Part shown: piece after piece, positions 11,673 through 25,006 of the stretch | How the letters are laid out: each line of letters opens with the position of its first letter | How positions within the stretch are numbered: position 1 is the stretch's first letter | Assembly (NCBI RefSeq): GCF_963921235.1 | Contig: NC_086108.1 | Coordinates: 81,904,001 to 81,968,000, forward strand | Source of the DNA: Mobula hypostoma | Lineage: Eukaryota | Direction of reading: 5' to 3' | DNA: 64,000 nt | Program-made: the position numbers and the translations under genes | The notes under the pieces: model-generated | Databases searched by the model: none | Seen by the model: only the letters and a program-made list of their open reading frames with translations | What the model was told of the DNA's origin: nothing

Positions 11673-11782
11673 CAAGAAGGGAAATTTAGTTTTCTGACGG
11701 AAGTACTTTTTCACTTTAAAATTCCTGAGTCAAAAACTCAGTGAAAAAGTACTTCCATTAGAAAACTAAATTTCCCTTCTTG
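11673..11782. repeat. Inverted repeat with 43-bp arms and 24-nt spacer
   Basis: 11673-11715 pairs with 11740-11782 with 2 differences (one G-U wobble, one C-A mismatch on the + RNA). Confidence 0.95.
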
Positions 11783-11963
11783 GTATAATTGCTTGAGCAC
11801 TGTAGAGACATTTGGTCAATGTGTAGCTGTCTGTTTGTCAAACTCCAGGAGGCTTCAAGTTAGACTTTTTCTTTGATGGTCTGACCCTTGATGATTAGGG
11901 TTTCAAGATAATTGGTATAGTGAACTTCCAATGTGTAAGAAGTTCCTGATTTTATTTTAACAG

Positions 11964-12077
11964 GGTGGACACAGGAGAATGGATCACCCTCATCGAGAGG
12001 TTGCTTACAAACAGTTGTGAAGCCTGTCAGTGGCTAATTGAATTCCTGGTTGGGTCTGAAGGTCGAGAACTGATAAA
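11964..12077 (+). CDS. USP24: USP24 coding exon (VDTGEWITLIERLLTNSCEACQWLIEFLVGSEGRELI-K)
   Basis: ttttaacag| acceptor, |gtgagt donor, 114 nt, phase 2->2. Resembles USP24 VDTEEW..ACQWL..SEGRELIK. Confidence 0.93.
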
Positions 12078-13715
12078 GTGAGTCAAATATGTAAGCTTCT
12101 GAACCAAGAATTTTGATAAATATGTTCATTACTTTTGATGTATTGAGGAGGACCATAGAATTGTTAACTTAAAACTCCTGTAGGTAAATGGATGGATGAC
12201 AAGTCTCTTAAAAGTACTCTGCTCCCAGTCTGGAAGTTCGATATTAAAGCAGCTCACGCAACAAGTGTGCACTGGGTCAAGTAACATTTATGGAGAACTA
12301 ATATTTGATGTAAATGAATTTGTATCAAATCTAAATTCTAATGAAAGGATTACTGATGCTAATTGATTCTGCTTTTTGTTTTGCTGTTGCCTGCTCTGCT
12401 GAGCGTTTACAGCCTTTTCTGCTATTATTTTAAATTTTAATGTGGACATCATGCTCAGTGTTTTGGTTTTTGTAAAGTGAGAAACCGACTGTATTCAAAG
12501 ATCAGGTTTCCAACTAAATACCTGAGCTTTCTTCTTGTAATTGGAGTGTAAATATTTGGCAGTTACAAGGTGGAGTCTTATTACTGGAAGTGGTTCCTGA
12601 ACATACTTCTAAGATTATGATTGGCTCATTCGCTCGCATGGTAGCAATGAGCTAACATCAGCCCATCTCTGTTCAAAGACAGGTAGCGTAATCTTTCAAA
12701 AAGGGGTGGGGACAGGATGTGTATGTATTGCAAACTAGTTAAGGCATGTTATACAATACATGAAAGTAAGCATATCTTGGCTTATCTGATTCTTTCAGCC
12801 TTAGCTTTTCCGAGCTTTGTGGTATACTGCTGTATTTTTCATTTTTATAGTACATGAAAGTCATCAGTACCTGACACATTCCATAAACTACTTAATCCTG
12901 TGAGTCTCTGCAGCTTTAAATATAATTGACTAGATATGAATAAAATCAAAGCTTGCTGTTCCTGAAGCTTCATGACATATCCTTGTGTGACCCAAGGAGA
13001 CAAAATTCCTGGTCACCTTTGTTCTGCGCATTGTAAGATCTAACATAACAAAATAAACCAAATGAATTTGGCTTGCTAAAATGAATCCGTCCTTCATACG
13101 TTAATAACATTGGTGACAATATTTTAATGACATCGCACTTACTGATAAACTGACTTCAATTCAGACATCCAAATTTTTTTATCAATCGTTAATCGCCTTT
13201 TCATCTTTAAGGTTCTTATTGTTCCCTTAGATTATTTGTATAAAATCATCTGAAAATGTTTATTAAAAAAATGAATGCAATGTGAAGGAAAGGAAGGATG
13301 GGAACTGGGGTCAAAGGGGAGATTACATAATAGCAATTGTTTGCTCTTACCGATATCTCCCTGTTCTTCCACCCAATGCGTGTGCATTTGCTGTGCATTG
13401 ACTAAAATCTATCACTGTCTTTCTTTCCTGGATCTCATTTACCTACATTCTCTACAAGCTAATAATACAAAGTCAGAAATAATAGTCATTTTCAAAGATG
13501 AAGCTTTCCTCAACTCCCTGTCCATTCTGTCCAACTGCTTCCTTGCCACGTCATGCATTCCACTTGCTCTTCTATCTCTCCCCTCCCCATTAATTTCTAC
13601 TGATTCTGACATCTTTGATAGGGCTGCTGCAGTTATAGAGTAAAAAATGAAAATATGAAGTAGCCATAACATACTTCACTTTGCTTTTCTCTGCATGTGA
13701 ATGTATGCCTACAAG

Positions 13716-13812
13716 GATTTTCCTTCTGGAATGCACTGTTCGAGAGGTCAGAGTCACTGTTGCTACCATTCTTGAAAAAGCCCTGGAGAGCGCTCTGCTT
13801 TATCAAGATAAG
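13716..13812 (+). CDS. USP24: USP24 coding exon (IFLLECTVREVRVTVATILEKALESALLYQDK)
   Basis: aag| acceptor, |gttagt donor, 97 nt, phase 2->0. Matches IFLLECNVREVRVAVATILEK. Confidence 0.92.
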
Positions 13813-15334
13813 GTTAGTAAATGGCATATGTGAAAAGCTGAGTGGCAAATGGCTGCATTGTGCATGTGTATTGCCTCAAATCTCATCTGGTATGTTACCA
13901 AATCGGTTCAATGTTGATATAATATCTGTTGAATTCTCCTAACCCACAGTTATGGACAGGTTCATTTAAAGAGTTCTGTCAAGGAGTTCATTACTTAAAT
14001 GTTAAAGAATTGAATATGTATCTTCTTGTATCATGTTTCATCTTGCTGTTTTCAAATTTTTGCTAACCTATGCATAAATGTCCTATATGAAATAAATGTT
14101 TTTTTGTTTAAACTCAAAGTAGAATATCAGTACTGAAAAATGACAAAACCTATACCTTTTTAAAGCCTGTGTCAGCATTGATTATTCCAAGATTAGTGTC
14201 GCTTACCATAAACACTTACTATAGCTGTAGAGCATTTGTCTTCAATGTGGGTTTCAACAAAGCTTACTCCAGTGATGTCGTATAGTAAAAGGAATTTGTA
14301 ACTGATTCATGTTGTACTACATTTAATCATTAGACCATAAGACATGGGAGCAGAATTAATCCATTTGGCCCATTGAGTCTGCTCTGCCATTTAATCATGA
14401 CTGATCCTTTTTGTTCCCTTCCTCAGCCTCACTTGCCGGGGTTCTCCCCATAACCTTTGATGCTGTGGCCAATCAAGAACCTATCAGTCTCCACCTTAAA
14501 TACCCCCAAATGACCTGGTCTTCACAGTTGCCTGTGGTAATAAATTCTAAAAATTCACTCTGGCTAAAGAAATTTCTTCGCATCTCTGTTTTAAATGTAC
14601 ACCCCTCTGTCCTGAGGCTGTCCTGAGTCTAGGACAATTGACTCTTGTCCTAGACTCCCCCACCATAGGAAACATCCTTTCCACATCAACTCTATCTAGG
14701 CCTTTCAACATTCAAGAGGTTTCAATGAGATCCCACTCCTCCCCCCCCCCCCAAATCCTTCTGAATTCCAGTGAATACAGACCAAGAGCTGTCAAATGTC
14801 CCTCATATAATAACCCAGAATTCCCAGAATCATCCTTGTGAACCCCTTCTGAACCCTCCAATGCTAGCAAATCCTTTCTTAGATGAAGACCTCAGAACTG
14901 TTCGCAATACTCAAGGTGAGGCCTCACCAGTGCCTTATAAAGCCTCAGCATCACATACTTGCTCTTGTATCCTAGACCATTTGAAAGGAATGCTAACATT
15001 GTATTTGCCTTCATCACCACCGACTCTACCTGCGCGTTAATCTTTAGGGTGTTCTGCACAAGGACTCCCAAGTTCCTATGCATCTCAGATTTTTGGATGT
15101 TCTCCCCGTTTAGAAAATAGTCTGCACATTTATTTCTTCTACCTAAGTGCATGACCATGCATTTTCCAACATAGTATTTCATTTACCACTTTCTTGCCCA
15201 TTCTCCTAATCTAAGTCCTTCTACAGCCTACCTGTTTCCTCAACACTACCTGCCCCTCCACCAATCTTTGTATCATGTGCAAACTTGGCAACAAAACATC
15301 TATTCCATCATCTAAATCATTGATTATACGGCAT

Positions 15335-17180
15335 AAAAAGAAGCATCCAAAGAGCTTTTACAGGTATATTAAGAGCAAAAGGACGGTAAGGGATAAAATT
15401 GGTCGTCTTGAAGATCAGAGTGGTCGGCTATGTGCGGAACCAAAGGAAATGGGCGAGATCTTAAATAGGTTTTTTTGCGTCTATATTTACTAAGGAAACT
15501 GGCATGAAGTCTATGGAATTAAGGGAATCAAGTAGTGAGATCATGGAAACTGTACAGATTGAAAAGGAGGAGGTGCTTGCTGTCTTGAGGGAAAATTAAA
15601 GTGGATAAATCCCCGGGACCTGACAGGATGTTCCCTCAGACCTTGAAGGAGACTAGTGTTGAAATTGCGGGGGCCCTGGCAGAAGTATTTAAAATGTCGC
15701 TGTCTACGGGTGAGGTGCCGGACGATTGGAGAGTGGCTCATGTTGTTCCGTTGTTTAAAAAAGGATCGAAAAGTAATCCGGGAAATTATAGGCCAGTAAA
15801 TTTAACGTCGGTAGTAGGTTAAGTTATTGGAGGGAGTACTAAGAGATAGAATCTACAAGCATTTGGATAGCCAGGGACTTATTAGGGAGAGTCAACATGG
15901 CTTTGTGCGTGGTAGGTCATGTTTGACCAATCTATTGGAGTTTTTCGAGGAGGTTAGCAGGAAAGTGGATGAAGGGAAGGCAGTGGATATTGTCTACATG
16001 GACTTCAGTAAGACCTTTGACAAGGTTCCGCATGGGAGGTTAGTTAGGAAAATTCAGTCGCTAGGTATACATGGAGAGGTGGTAAATTGGATTAGACATT
16101 GGCTCAATGGAAGAAGCCAAAGAGTGGTAGTAGAGAATTGCTTCTCTGAGTGGAGGCCTGTGACTAGTGGTGTGCCACAGGGATCAGTGCTGGGTCCATT
16201 GTTATTTGTCATCTATATCAATGATCTGGATGATAATGTGGTAAACTGGATCAGCAAATTTGCTGATGATACAAAGATTGGAGGTGCAGTAGACAGTGAG
16301 GAAGGTTTTCAGAGCCTGCAGAGGGACTTGGACCAGCTGGAAAAATGGGCTGAAAAATGGCAGATGGAGTTTAATACAGACAAGTGTGAGGTATTGCATG
16401 TTGGAAGGACAAACCAAGGTAGAACATACAGGGTTAATGGTAAGGCACTGAGGAGTGCAGTAGAATAGAGGGATCTGGGAATACAGATACAAAATTCCCT
16501 AAAAGTGGTGTCACAGGTAGATAGGGTCGTAAAGAGAGCTTTTGGTACATTGGCCTTTATTAATCAAAGTATTGAGTATAAGAGCTGGAATGTTATGATG
16601 AGGTTGTATAAGGCATTGGTGAGGCCGAATCTGGAGTATTGTGTTCAGTTTTGGTCACCAAATTACAGGAAGGATATTAATAAGGTTGAAAGAGTGCAGA
16701 GAAGGTTTACAAGGATGTTGCCAGGACTTGAGAAACTCAGTTACATAGAAAGGTTGAATAAGTTAGGACTTTATTCCCTGGAGCGTAGAAGAATGAGGGG
16801 AGATTTGATAGAGGTATATAAAATTATGATGGGTATAGAAAGAGTGAATGCAAGCAGGGTTTTTCCACTGAGGCAAGGGGAGAAAAAAACTAGAGGACAT
16901 GGGTTAAGGGTGAGGGGGGAAAAGTTTAAAGGGAACATTGGGGGGGCTTCTTCACACAGAGAGTGGTGGGAGTATGGAATGAGCTGCCAGACGAGGTGGT
17001 AAATGCGGGTTCTTTTTTAACATTTAAGAATAAATTGGACAGATACATGGATGGGAGGTGTATGGAGGGATATGGACCGTGTGCAGGTCAGTGGGACTAG
17101 GCAGAAAATGGTTTGGCACAGCCAAGAAGGGCCAAAAAGCCTGTTTCTGTGCTGTAGTTTCTATGGTTTTCTATGGTTTC
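15335..17180 (+). mobile_element. Younger CR1 LINE, 5'-truncated, RT domain with a few stops and frameshifts
   Basis: ORFs 15601-15822, 15827-16468 (GVPQGSVLGPLLF, FADD) and 16505-17002. The tail is a (tttctatgg) repeat. Confidence 0.92.
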
Positions 17181-17904
17181 AGTCCCAACACCGGCCCCTG
17201 CGGAACACCACTAGTCACTGTCAGCTGACCAGAAGGGCGTCCTTTTATTCCCACTTACTGCCTTCTTCCAATCAGCCAATGCTCTGACCATGTTAGTAAC
17301 TTGCCTGTAATACCATGGGCTCTTAATTTGGTAAGCAGCCTCATGTGTGGCACCTTGTCAAAGGCCTCCTGAAAGTACAAATATACAACATCTTCTGAAT
17401 CCCCTTTATCTATCCTATTTGTAATCTCCTCAAAGAACTCCAACAGGTTCATCAAGCAAGATTTTCCCTCAGGGAAAACATGCTGACTTTGTCCTAACTT
17501 GTCCTGTGCCACTAAGTACTCCATAATTTCATCCTTAACAATTGACTCTAACATCTTCCCAATCATTGACGTCAGGCTAACTGGTCTATAATTTGTTTTC
17601 TGTTGCCTTCGTCCTTTCTTAAAGAGTGGAGTGACATTTGCAATTTTCCAGTCCTCTGGAAAATTGCCAGGGTCAAATGATTTTTGAAAGATCATTACTA
17701 ATGACCCCCACAATCTCTACCACTACCTATTTTGGAACCCTAGGGTGCAGTTCATCTGGTCTGGGTGACTTGTGTGCCTTTAGGACTTTCGGCTTTTTTG
17801 AGCACCTTCTCCCCTATAATAGTAACTGCACTCACTGTTCTTCCCTTGCACCTTTCAACATCTGTCACGCTGCTGGTGTCTTCCATAGTGAAGACTGATG
17901 CAAA

Positions 17905-18690
17905 AGACTGATGAGCTTTGGTAGAAGTAATGAAATGGTTGATTATTTTCTAAATGGAGGTTAAATACAAAAAACTGAGGCAAAAATGGACTTGGGACTC
18001 CTAGTGCGGGATTCCTTGAAGGTTAATTTGCAGGTCGAGTCTGTAGTGAGGAAGGCAAATGCATTGTTAGCATTCATTTCAAGAGGACTAGCATATAAAA
18101 GCAAGGATTTAATTTTTAAACTTCATAAAGCACAAGTGAGGCCTCACTTGGCGTACTGTGAGCAGTTATCTTAGAAAGGATGTGCTGAAACTGGAGAGGG
18201 TTCAAAGGATATTTACAAAAATGATTCCAGGAATGAATGACTTGTCATATGAAGAGCATTTGATGGCTCTGGGCCTGTATTCAATAGAATTCAGAAGAAT
18301 GAGGGGTGACCTCATTGAAACTTATCGAATGGTGAAAAACCTTGATGGAGTGTGTGTAGAAAGGATGTTTCCTGTGACAGGAGAGTCTAAGACCAGAGGA
18401 CACAGCCTCGGAACAGAGATGCGTCCTTTTAGATCAGAGATGAGGAGGAGTTTCTTTAGTCAGAGATTGATGATTCTGTGGAATTCTTTGCCACAGGAAG
18501 CTGTGGAGGCCAAGTCTTTTATGTATATTTAAAGCAGAGATCGATAGATTCTTGATTGGTCAGGGCATGAAGGGATACAGGGAAAAGGCAGGAGATGGGG
18601 CTGGGTGAAAAATTGGATCAGCCATGATGAAATGGCAGAGCAGACTCGATGGGCCAAATGGCCTTATTCTGTTCCTATATCTTATGGTTT
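17905..18690 (+). mobile_element. CR1 LINE 3' fragment
   Basis: ORFs 17986-18174 and 18158-18532 (LERVQR, RRMRGDLIETY) and a typical CR1 3' UTR. Confidence 0.85.
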
Positions 18691-19436
18691 AAAAATGCTC
18701 ATTTAGTTCATCTGCCATCTCCTTCTCCCCTGTTATTATTTCTCTGGCCTCATTTTCTAGTGTTCCTTTATCCACTCTCATCTCTTTTTTTTACATACTT
18801 GAAAAAGCTTTTACGATCCACTTTGATATTATTTGCTAGCTTGCTTTAATATTTCATCTTTTCTCTCCTAATGATTCTATTAGTTGCTCTCTGTAGGTTT
18901 TTTAAAAAGCTTCCCAATCCTCTGTCTTACCGCTAATTTTTGCGTCATTGTATGCCCTCTAATTTTCTTCTACATTAGATTTGACTTCCCTTGTCAGCCA
19001 CGGTTGTACTATTTTGCCATTTGAGTATTTCTTTGTTTATGGAATACATCTATCCTGCACTTCCCTAATTTTTTGCAGAAACTCACGTCATTGCTACTGT
19101 GCTGTCAGCCCTGCCAGCATCTCTTTCCAATTTATTTTGGCCAACTCCTCTCTCATACTATTGTAAATTCCATTACTCTACTGAAATACTGCTATGTCAG
19201 ACCTTACTTTCTCCCTGTCAAATTTCTAGTTGCATCATATTGTGATCACTGCCTCCCAAGGGTCCTTTTACCTTCAGCTCCCTAATCACCTAGTAACACC
19301 CAATCTAGTATAGCTGATCCACTAGTAGGCTCAATGACAAACTGCTCTAAAAAGCCGTTCAACAAGCTCACATTTTTGGTGTCCATTACCAACCTGATTT
19401 TCCAAATTTAATATTACAAACCAGCTTAGCAGTACT

Positions 19437-19842
19437 TACTGTCATTATGCCACTTGTGTTTAGGACAGCAATGAAGGTCCTTCATTTCTGGTAGTGTTCA
19501 GGGCTTCCTTCTTCATGCCAGTAGCCCGGTTTTCACTACTGTCAGTCATTCAATTTCCAGGTGGAGATTCAGGAATACTGTCACACTTAGAGGTAGGATT
19601 CTTCATTGCTGTTTCCGTAACAGTTCTGTTTTACCAGTCAGGGTTGTTACCCCGAGTTTAACCCCTGAACTTGGAGGACCGCTGAACCACTCTTAGTCTG
19701 TCCCTTACCCTTTGACCTGTTTGGCATGGATGACTCTGCCAAGAGCCAGAGCATGAAGCCCTGAGTCCAGCCAACTTAGTTCTCTAGGTCTTTGAGGCAC
19801 ACAAGCCTCCAAACCACGAGAAGGTTGTGGTCCTTTTGGAGG
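19437..19842 (-). mobile_element. Short non-autonomous retroposon, probably RTE-derived
   Basis: 11-bp TSD TTAGCAGTACT at 19426-19436 and 19843-19853. The family assignment is by resemblance only. Confidence 0.6.
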
Positions 19843-20320
19843 TTAGCAGTACTAGATGGCTAATAAAACTCACAAATATAACAATGAGGTCTCATCCCAC
19901 ACCTCACCACCACACATCAGAACATTGGAGTTCAGGGTGGAATTGAGGGAGGGAAGAAGGGTAGGTAAGAGGTTGGGAGAACTAAAGGCCAAGCAGAGTG
20001 GAACACAGGACGGTGGCTTTTTGGGCTCGTACTGGCCATGCCTATAGGTAGTGGAGTGTGGTACAACAGTGGTCTTGTCATGCGCAAAAGATATCAATCC
20101 TCACATGTAGAGACTTTGTATTCTGTAAATGGACAAAACATGACTGTGTTATGGGTCTCTGCATCTAAATAACCTTTGTGGTCCACACCAAATGCCTTCT
20201 ATCAGAATAGGATCATCCTACAAAATCATTTTTGTTAAATTCCTGACTATTTCCCACCTATGTTCATGTTTTAATTGTTAACATATCTTGAAAGTTTTCA
20301 AGGAAAATGTTGTTTTTCAG

Positions 20321-20437
20321 CTGAAAGGATTGGACGAACTGCTGGAGGTGCTGCTTGGCTTACTAGATAAGGATGTAGCCGAGAATTGCAAAAATTGTTC
20401 CCAGTACTTCAACCTCTTCAACAACTTTGTTCAAAAG
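20321..20437 (+). CDS. USP24: USP24 coding exon (LKGLDELLEVLLGLLDKDVAENCKNCSQYFNLFNNFVQK)
   Basis: tttttcag| acceptor, |gtaaag donor, 117 nt, phase 0->0. Contains the LLDKDV.ENCKNC.QYF motif. Confidence 0.94.
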
Positions 20438-21652
20438 GTAAAGTATGTTTTTAGTCTAATTTGTGCTGTCAAGAAAAGGTGAAGATCTTACTTTATAATC
20501 TCTACCACTAGTATCACTCTAGGGGATCAACCCTAGCTCTGAGGAATGCAGAAGGGGATACTTGAGTAACACCTAGACTAACGACTGAAGATGTTACACA
20601 GGACTTGTATGTGTGCTGAACAGCATGGAATGGAGCTTAGTGATCCACAACCAGCAGATCTGATCAAAGCTCTGCTGTCCTACCACATTGTTATAAATAG
20701 TAGTGGTTGATTGATGTACTGATTAGGCGATGGTGGTATTTACAAAGTAATTATTTAATTCCTCTGTTTTTTTTTTATTTCTTCTTGTAAATTCTCTGCC
20801 CTTTCTGTTAAGGGATTAACATTTAACCTTTCACCCCCAGATGTGCAAAATTGCTTAGGAAGTTAATGTCTTAAAATGGGACTAATCTGAGCCTGTCAAA
20901 TACTGTCCAGTCATTTCACAATCATCATCAATTTTCTGATGTCATCAATGATGTTTTCAGGTGGCATTGTGTACTGATCATTTTGGATTTTGCCAGTATC
21001 TCATAGGTCCAATCTTTCCAGTTTTCGTTAAAACTGAGACCAAAGTGCTGAATTCCAAAGGGGAGGTGAAGGTGACTGTCCTCATGGCTATATTTAACCT
21101 GTAGTGGCTTAGCAAAGCTAAACTTGTTGGGAATCAAGAAGTCACTGTTGAAGCCATATTTACCATAAAGGAAGATGATTGTAAATGTTGGGGTCAAACT
21201 TCTCAGGACACTGCAGAAGTTCCTCAGAGGTTGTTCCAATCATTATCGTCATGAATGACCTTTGTGCACATGAGAATGTACACCACTAACTGCTCAAAGT
21301 TCATAAATCTGGCCGGTGAAGCATAGCGTGACTGCAGGTAGAGAGATCTAGTGACAAGTAATATTTGTATCAGGTAAAGAAAGTCTCCAACAAGGTGAAG
21401 CCTAACCACTCACCTGGTTACAAACATCTGACTTGTGGACAGCTATTCAAGCAAGCTTGGATAATCTTGTTAAATTCAAAACTCCAATGTATATACTGTA
21501 TATATGCTTATTCCTATGAACTCCAGAACTAGTTTCCTTTCTGTCCCCATTTACAGTCAGTGTTTCTTATCAGTCTTGTATGCTGTTGATGACATTCGTT
21601 ACACAAATAAACTCTTCTCGGGCTTCCAGCCAAGCACAGGTATCAATTTTAG

Positions 21653-21692
21653 CCAACGTTTCAATGACAGACTCCGCCATCTTCTTCAGGGA
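21653..21692 (-). ncRNA. Hammerhead ribozyme motif of the second PLE family
   Basis: Minus strand reads cc-CTGAAGA-a-gatggcgg..ctgtcatt-GAAA-cg-TT-gg. The + copy at about 23144-23180 has core mutations. Confidence 0.55.
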
Positions 21693-21823
21693 TGATGCTT
21701 AGGCTCATCTAGATCAGTGGTATGTATACCTCTGTTGTCTGTCCTTCCTGATTAGTTAGTTCTCAACCAATCAAGTTTCTGCTGTCCCACCTTGCTTGCA
21801 ATCAAATTCCAGTTCTTAGAGTG

Positions 21824-22335
21824 TGTAGAAGAAAATTAAGAGGAAAATTAAATTTTGTTGTCAAGCTTTACAAGCTAAGTATTGCTCAAGACTTGGTCAT
21901 AAAGGTGACAGGATAAGATGCAGACGCTGCCTTGCTTGTGTGAGCTAAGAATAGCTAGCAATAGATCATGCCAGTGACAAGGTATTGTTAATATTGTCAG
22001 TTGGGGACTGATGTAGATGTGCAATTCTCATCTTGTGTATCATGCAGGAACATTTGTAGAGTTGCTGATACCTAACAAGTGCCTCTGAAATCGCTGGCCA
22101 AGTATATTTGGCTGTTGACTATTACCCAAAATTTACTGTATAAATTTAAGATGTAACCTGACATCGGCGGAGTCGTAAGTCAGCAGCTCCCCGTGGTCAC
22201 GTATTAAAGGGTTAACCTTATACCGGGGTCTTTGTCTTTATTTCTGTTTGCTAATGAGATAAAATCTCTTATAGTAATTTGGTGGTGAAATTCTTTTACA
22301 ATAAAATACCATAAATCAGGGTAAGTTCTTCAACA
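21824..22335. mobile_element. Solo LTR (512 bp)
   Basis: TGTAGAAGAA...TTCTTCAACA termini with a 5-bp TSD GAGTG (21819-23 and 22336-40). It interrupts the PLE. Confidence 0.85.
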
Positions 22336-24916
22336 GAGTGAGACCTTCATCTTTGTTAAAATCCTTATTCTCTAATCTTATTATCATTCCAGAAACTGTG
22401 GAAATGTAGGGAAGATAGGTGATAGTGAGTGGTTAGTCCTTGGGATGTTTCCTGGTTTTCTCGTTGGCCCTTTTAAGGGCCTGATTGATTTCCTTTGCCT
22501 TATAGCCATTCTGTAGTAACGTCGTGCATAATTGTCTTATTTCCTCATGCAGACACTTTCTCTCTCTGGGAGATGTGATGGTGACTGTTATTGTTGAGGT
22601 ATAAATCTCTTTGAGTGGGCTTCCAATCTTTCCATGGTTTCTGGAAGGATCGCCAGGAACCTGAAGAAATACTGGATTAGTACCATCCACAAACCCATAC
22701 AGAAGCTCAAATCGCAGTTTGTGCAGGTCAAAGATGACCTGGGACCCAGGATAGCTGGCAATTACGGGATTCCCTGTGATTGCAGAGCGGTGTGTATCAG
22801 CCAGATGGGATGCATGGTGGAAACCCTCATCAAGGAGCATTGGAAGTTCACGTTACACGGTAGCAGAACATTGCATACACAATGACCGTAGAATTGATTT
22901 CAACAGCACAAAGCTACTGTGCCACGCCAATGGCTTTTGGGACTGCCTGGTGAAAGAAACCATTGAAATAAGAATAGAGAATAAGAATTTTAACAAAGAT
23001 GGTCTTGCTCAAAGTTAAGAACTGAAATTCAATTATAAACAAGGTGGGACAGCGGGAATCTGATTGGTTGAGGGCTAACCAATCAGCAAGGACAGATAAC
23101 GGTGGGTATATACACCACCGAACTAGACATGCCTAAGCATCATCCCTAATGAAGATGAGAGTTTGCCATCAAAACGTCGGTTAAAATAGATACCTGTACT
23201 CGGCTGGAAAACCCAAGAAGAGTTTATTCATCATATACACTGGGAAAGCACTAGATCCTTCTAATCTGTAAGTACGTTTACCAAAGAATGATTTTTGTGT
23301 ATTTTTCCATTTTGTGGAGCCTGTTAACCAGGGGCAGCTTGTATTACCATTGTCAAGTCCCATATCATCATTATCAAAGTCAACTGGGCAATTGCGACTG
23401 CAGGAGCAGATCAAAAACTGTGTATCCTGTGGGGAGTGACTTTCCTCCTGGCATCTCTTTTTGCCAGCTACAAAGCAGTGGTCAGGAGTGTGGTGGAATA
23501 AACTGCAGCTACCCAGATGACTGCAACACTACCAACACTGAAAGCTTGATGATAAAGAAGCTTGTTTGATTGGCACCTCATCCACCAAAATAAGAGCACA
23601 GTCATTCTACCACCAATTCATAATGGTACATGTATCCACAAAATGCAGTGCAGTTAACGTTCTCAGTTTCTCAGACAGCAGTTCCTAAATCTATGGCCTT
23701 GATCATCCAAAAGATCAACCGCTAGTTCTCCTCTAAGGTGCAAACAATCCTAACTTGAAAATATATCATTCCTGTACTGTCAATGGATCTAATTCCAGAC
23801 AGCACCTTCTTGTCTGTCTATCCACTTACCTAACAAATAGCATTGTACGACTATCCTCCTTCAATATTGCAGATTTTCAAGATACTGGTTTGCCATCACC
23901 TCTAGTAATTAGAGATGGGCAAAAAATGCTTACCTTTCCCGCATTCTGAAAACTAAATTCTCCACTACCTGGAAGTCTTTACCTTCATGCAAAATTAGTT
24001 AAATTGAAAATCTTCCAAAAGCATGTTTTTCAAACTAGTTTCAACTAATTCAGAATTGTTTGTATCATCAACATTTTGGTACTGTTAAGACTTTGTCTGG
24101 TTTCATTAAGAGCTTTGTTTAATTACAAATGGAAGGTTGTCCTTCATTGCAAGTTGGCTAGAACATATAAGTACCAAAATTTTGCTGTGGCTGAACAACT
24201 TTGTTGATTCCATTTAGACTAGTATGTCCCATGAGAAGAGGTTATGCTGGTTGGGTCAACACTGTATGGTGTTTTTACAGAATGGAAGTTGAGATCATTG
24301 AAATATACAAGATTATGAGTAATGTATTCTTTAAAGAGAGAACCTAGACCTGGATAAGGATTTCACTCATTTAGGAGGAAAGAAAACTGTCTTCCCTCAA
24401 AGGGCTGCGAGTCTTTAACTGGTGTAAATCTTGATCCCAGAGAGCTGTTGAAACTCAATCATTGTGTATATTAAGGCTTATTTCATATTTTAGTGGAATA
24501 AGCATTCTGAAGACTAAGTAGGCCAGTGAAGTTCTGTCCAAGATCAAGTAAATTATGATCTCATTGAATTGTGGTGCAACAGTTCAAGGAACTATGTAAG
24601 CCTGTGTTCCTGCTCCTATCACCTCTCTCTAAATTTTGCCAAATAATTACTTTTTTCCAAATCAATTCTGTCATGATTTTATCATGTAACTTGTCTCAAA
24701 TAGTCTACAAATTTAATGTTTTCTTAAGTTTGGAAGAAAGTAGTTTGCCACTGATCATTTGTGTCTTGCTAGTTGTGACTGTGACCCTTTGATCACTCCA
24801 CTTGAGGTGGCCAGGATGATATATTTCATGGATTTAAACTCTGACATATTAAACAAACTGGAATGTTTGTAGCATTTTGTTAATGCCTGCTAAGTCCTCT
24901 TTTAATCTGTCCTCAG

Positions 24917-25006
24917 GGTTTCAAGGCTTGTCAACTCTTATTCAAACACTCTGCATTCAAACGTATGCTTTGTTTTCTTCTTGGTCCTTCAAGGCAGAAC
25001 AATCAA
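24917..25006 (+). CDS. USP24: USP24 coding exon (GFKACQLLFKHSAFKRMLCFLLGPSRQNNQ)
   Basis: cctcag| acceptor, |gtaagt donor, 90 nt. Ends in FLLG.SRQNNQ as in USP24. Confidence 0.88.

Larger units (their letters stand above)
14330..19405 (-). mobile_element. CR1 LINE (RT region to 3' end) hosting two nested + strand CR1 copies
   Basis: Minus ORFs 14892-15182 and 17255-17713 (PEDWKIANVTPLFKKG, FDKVPH). The sequence resumes after each nested insertion. Confidence 0.85.
21600..23260 (+). mobile_element. Second Penelope family: GIY-YIG endonuclease remnant with an inverted 5' portion and inverted pLTRs
   Basis: GNYGIPCDCRAVCISQ (GIY-YIG) and AEHCIH..IDF..KETIEI..NFNKD at 22634-23018. About 21607-21818 is the reverse complement of about 23020-23230. 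Confidence 0.85.

Noticed and set aside
13275..13942. ORFs 13275-13643 and 13697-13942 as separate genes
   Set aside because: They have no recognisable domain. The real coding part is the USP24 exon 13716-13812, read in a different frame from ORF 13697-13942.
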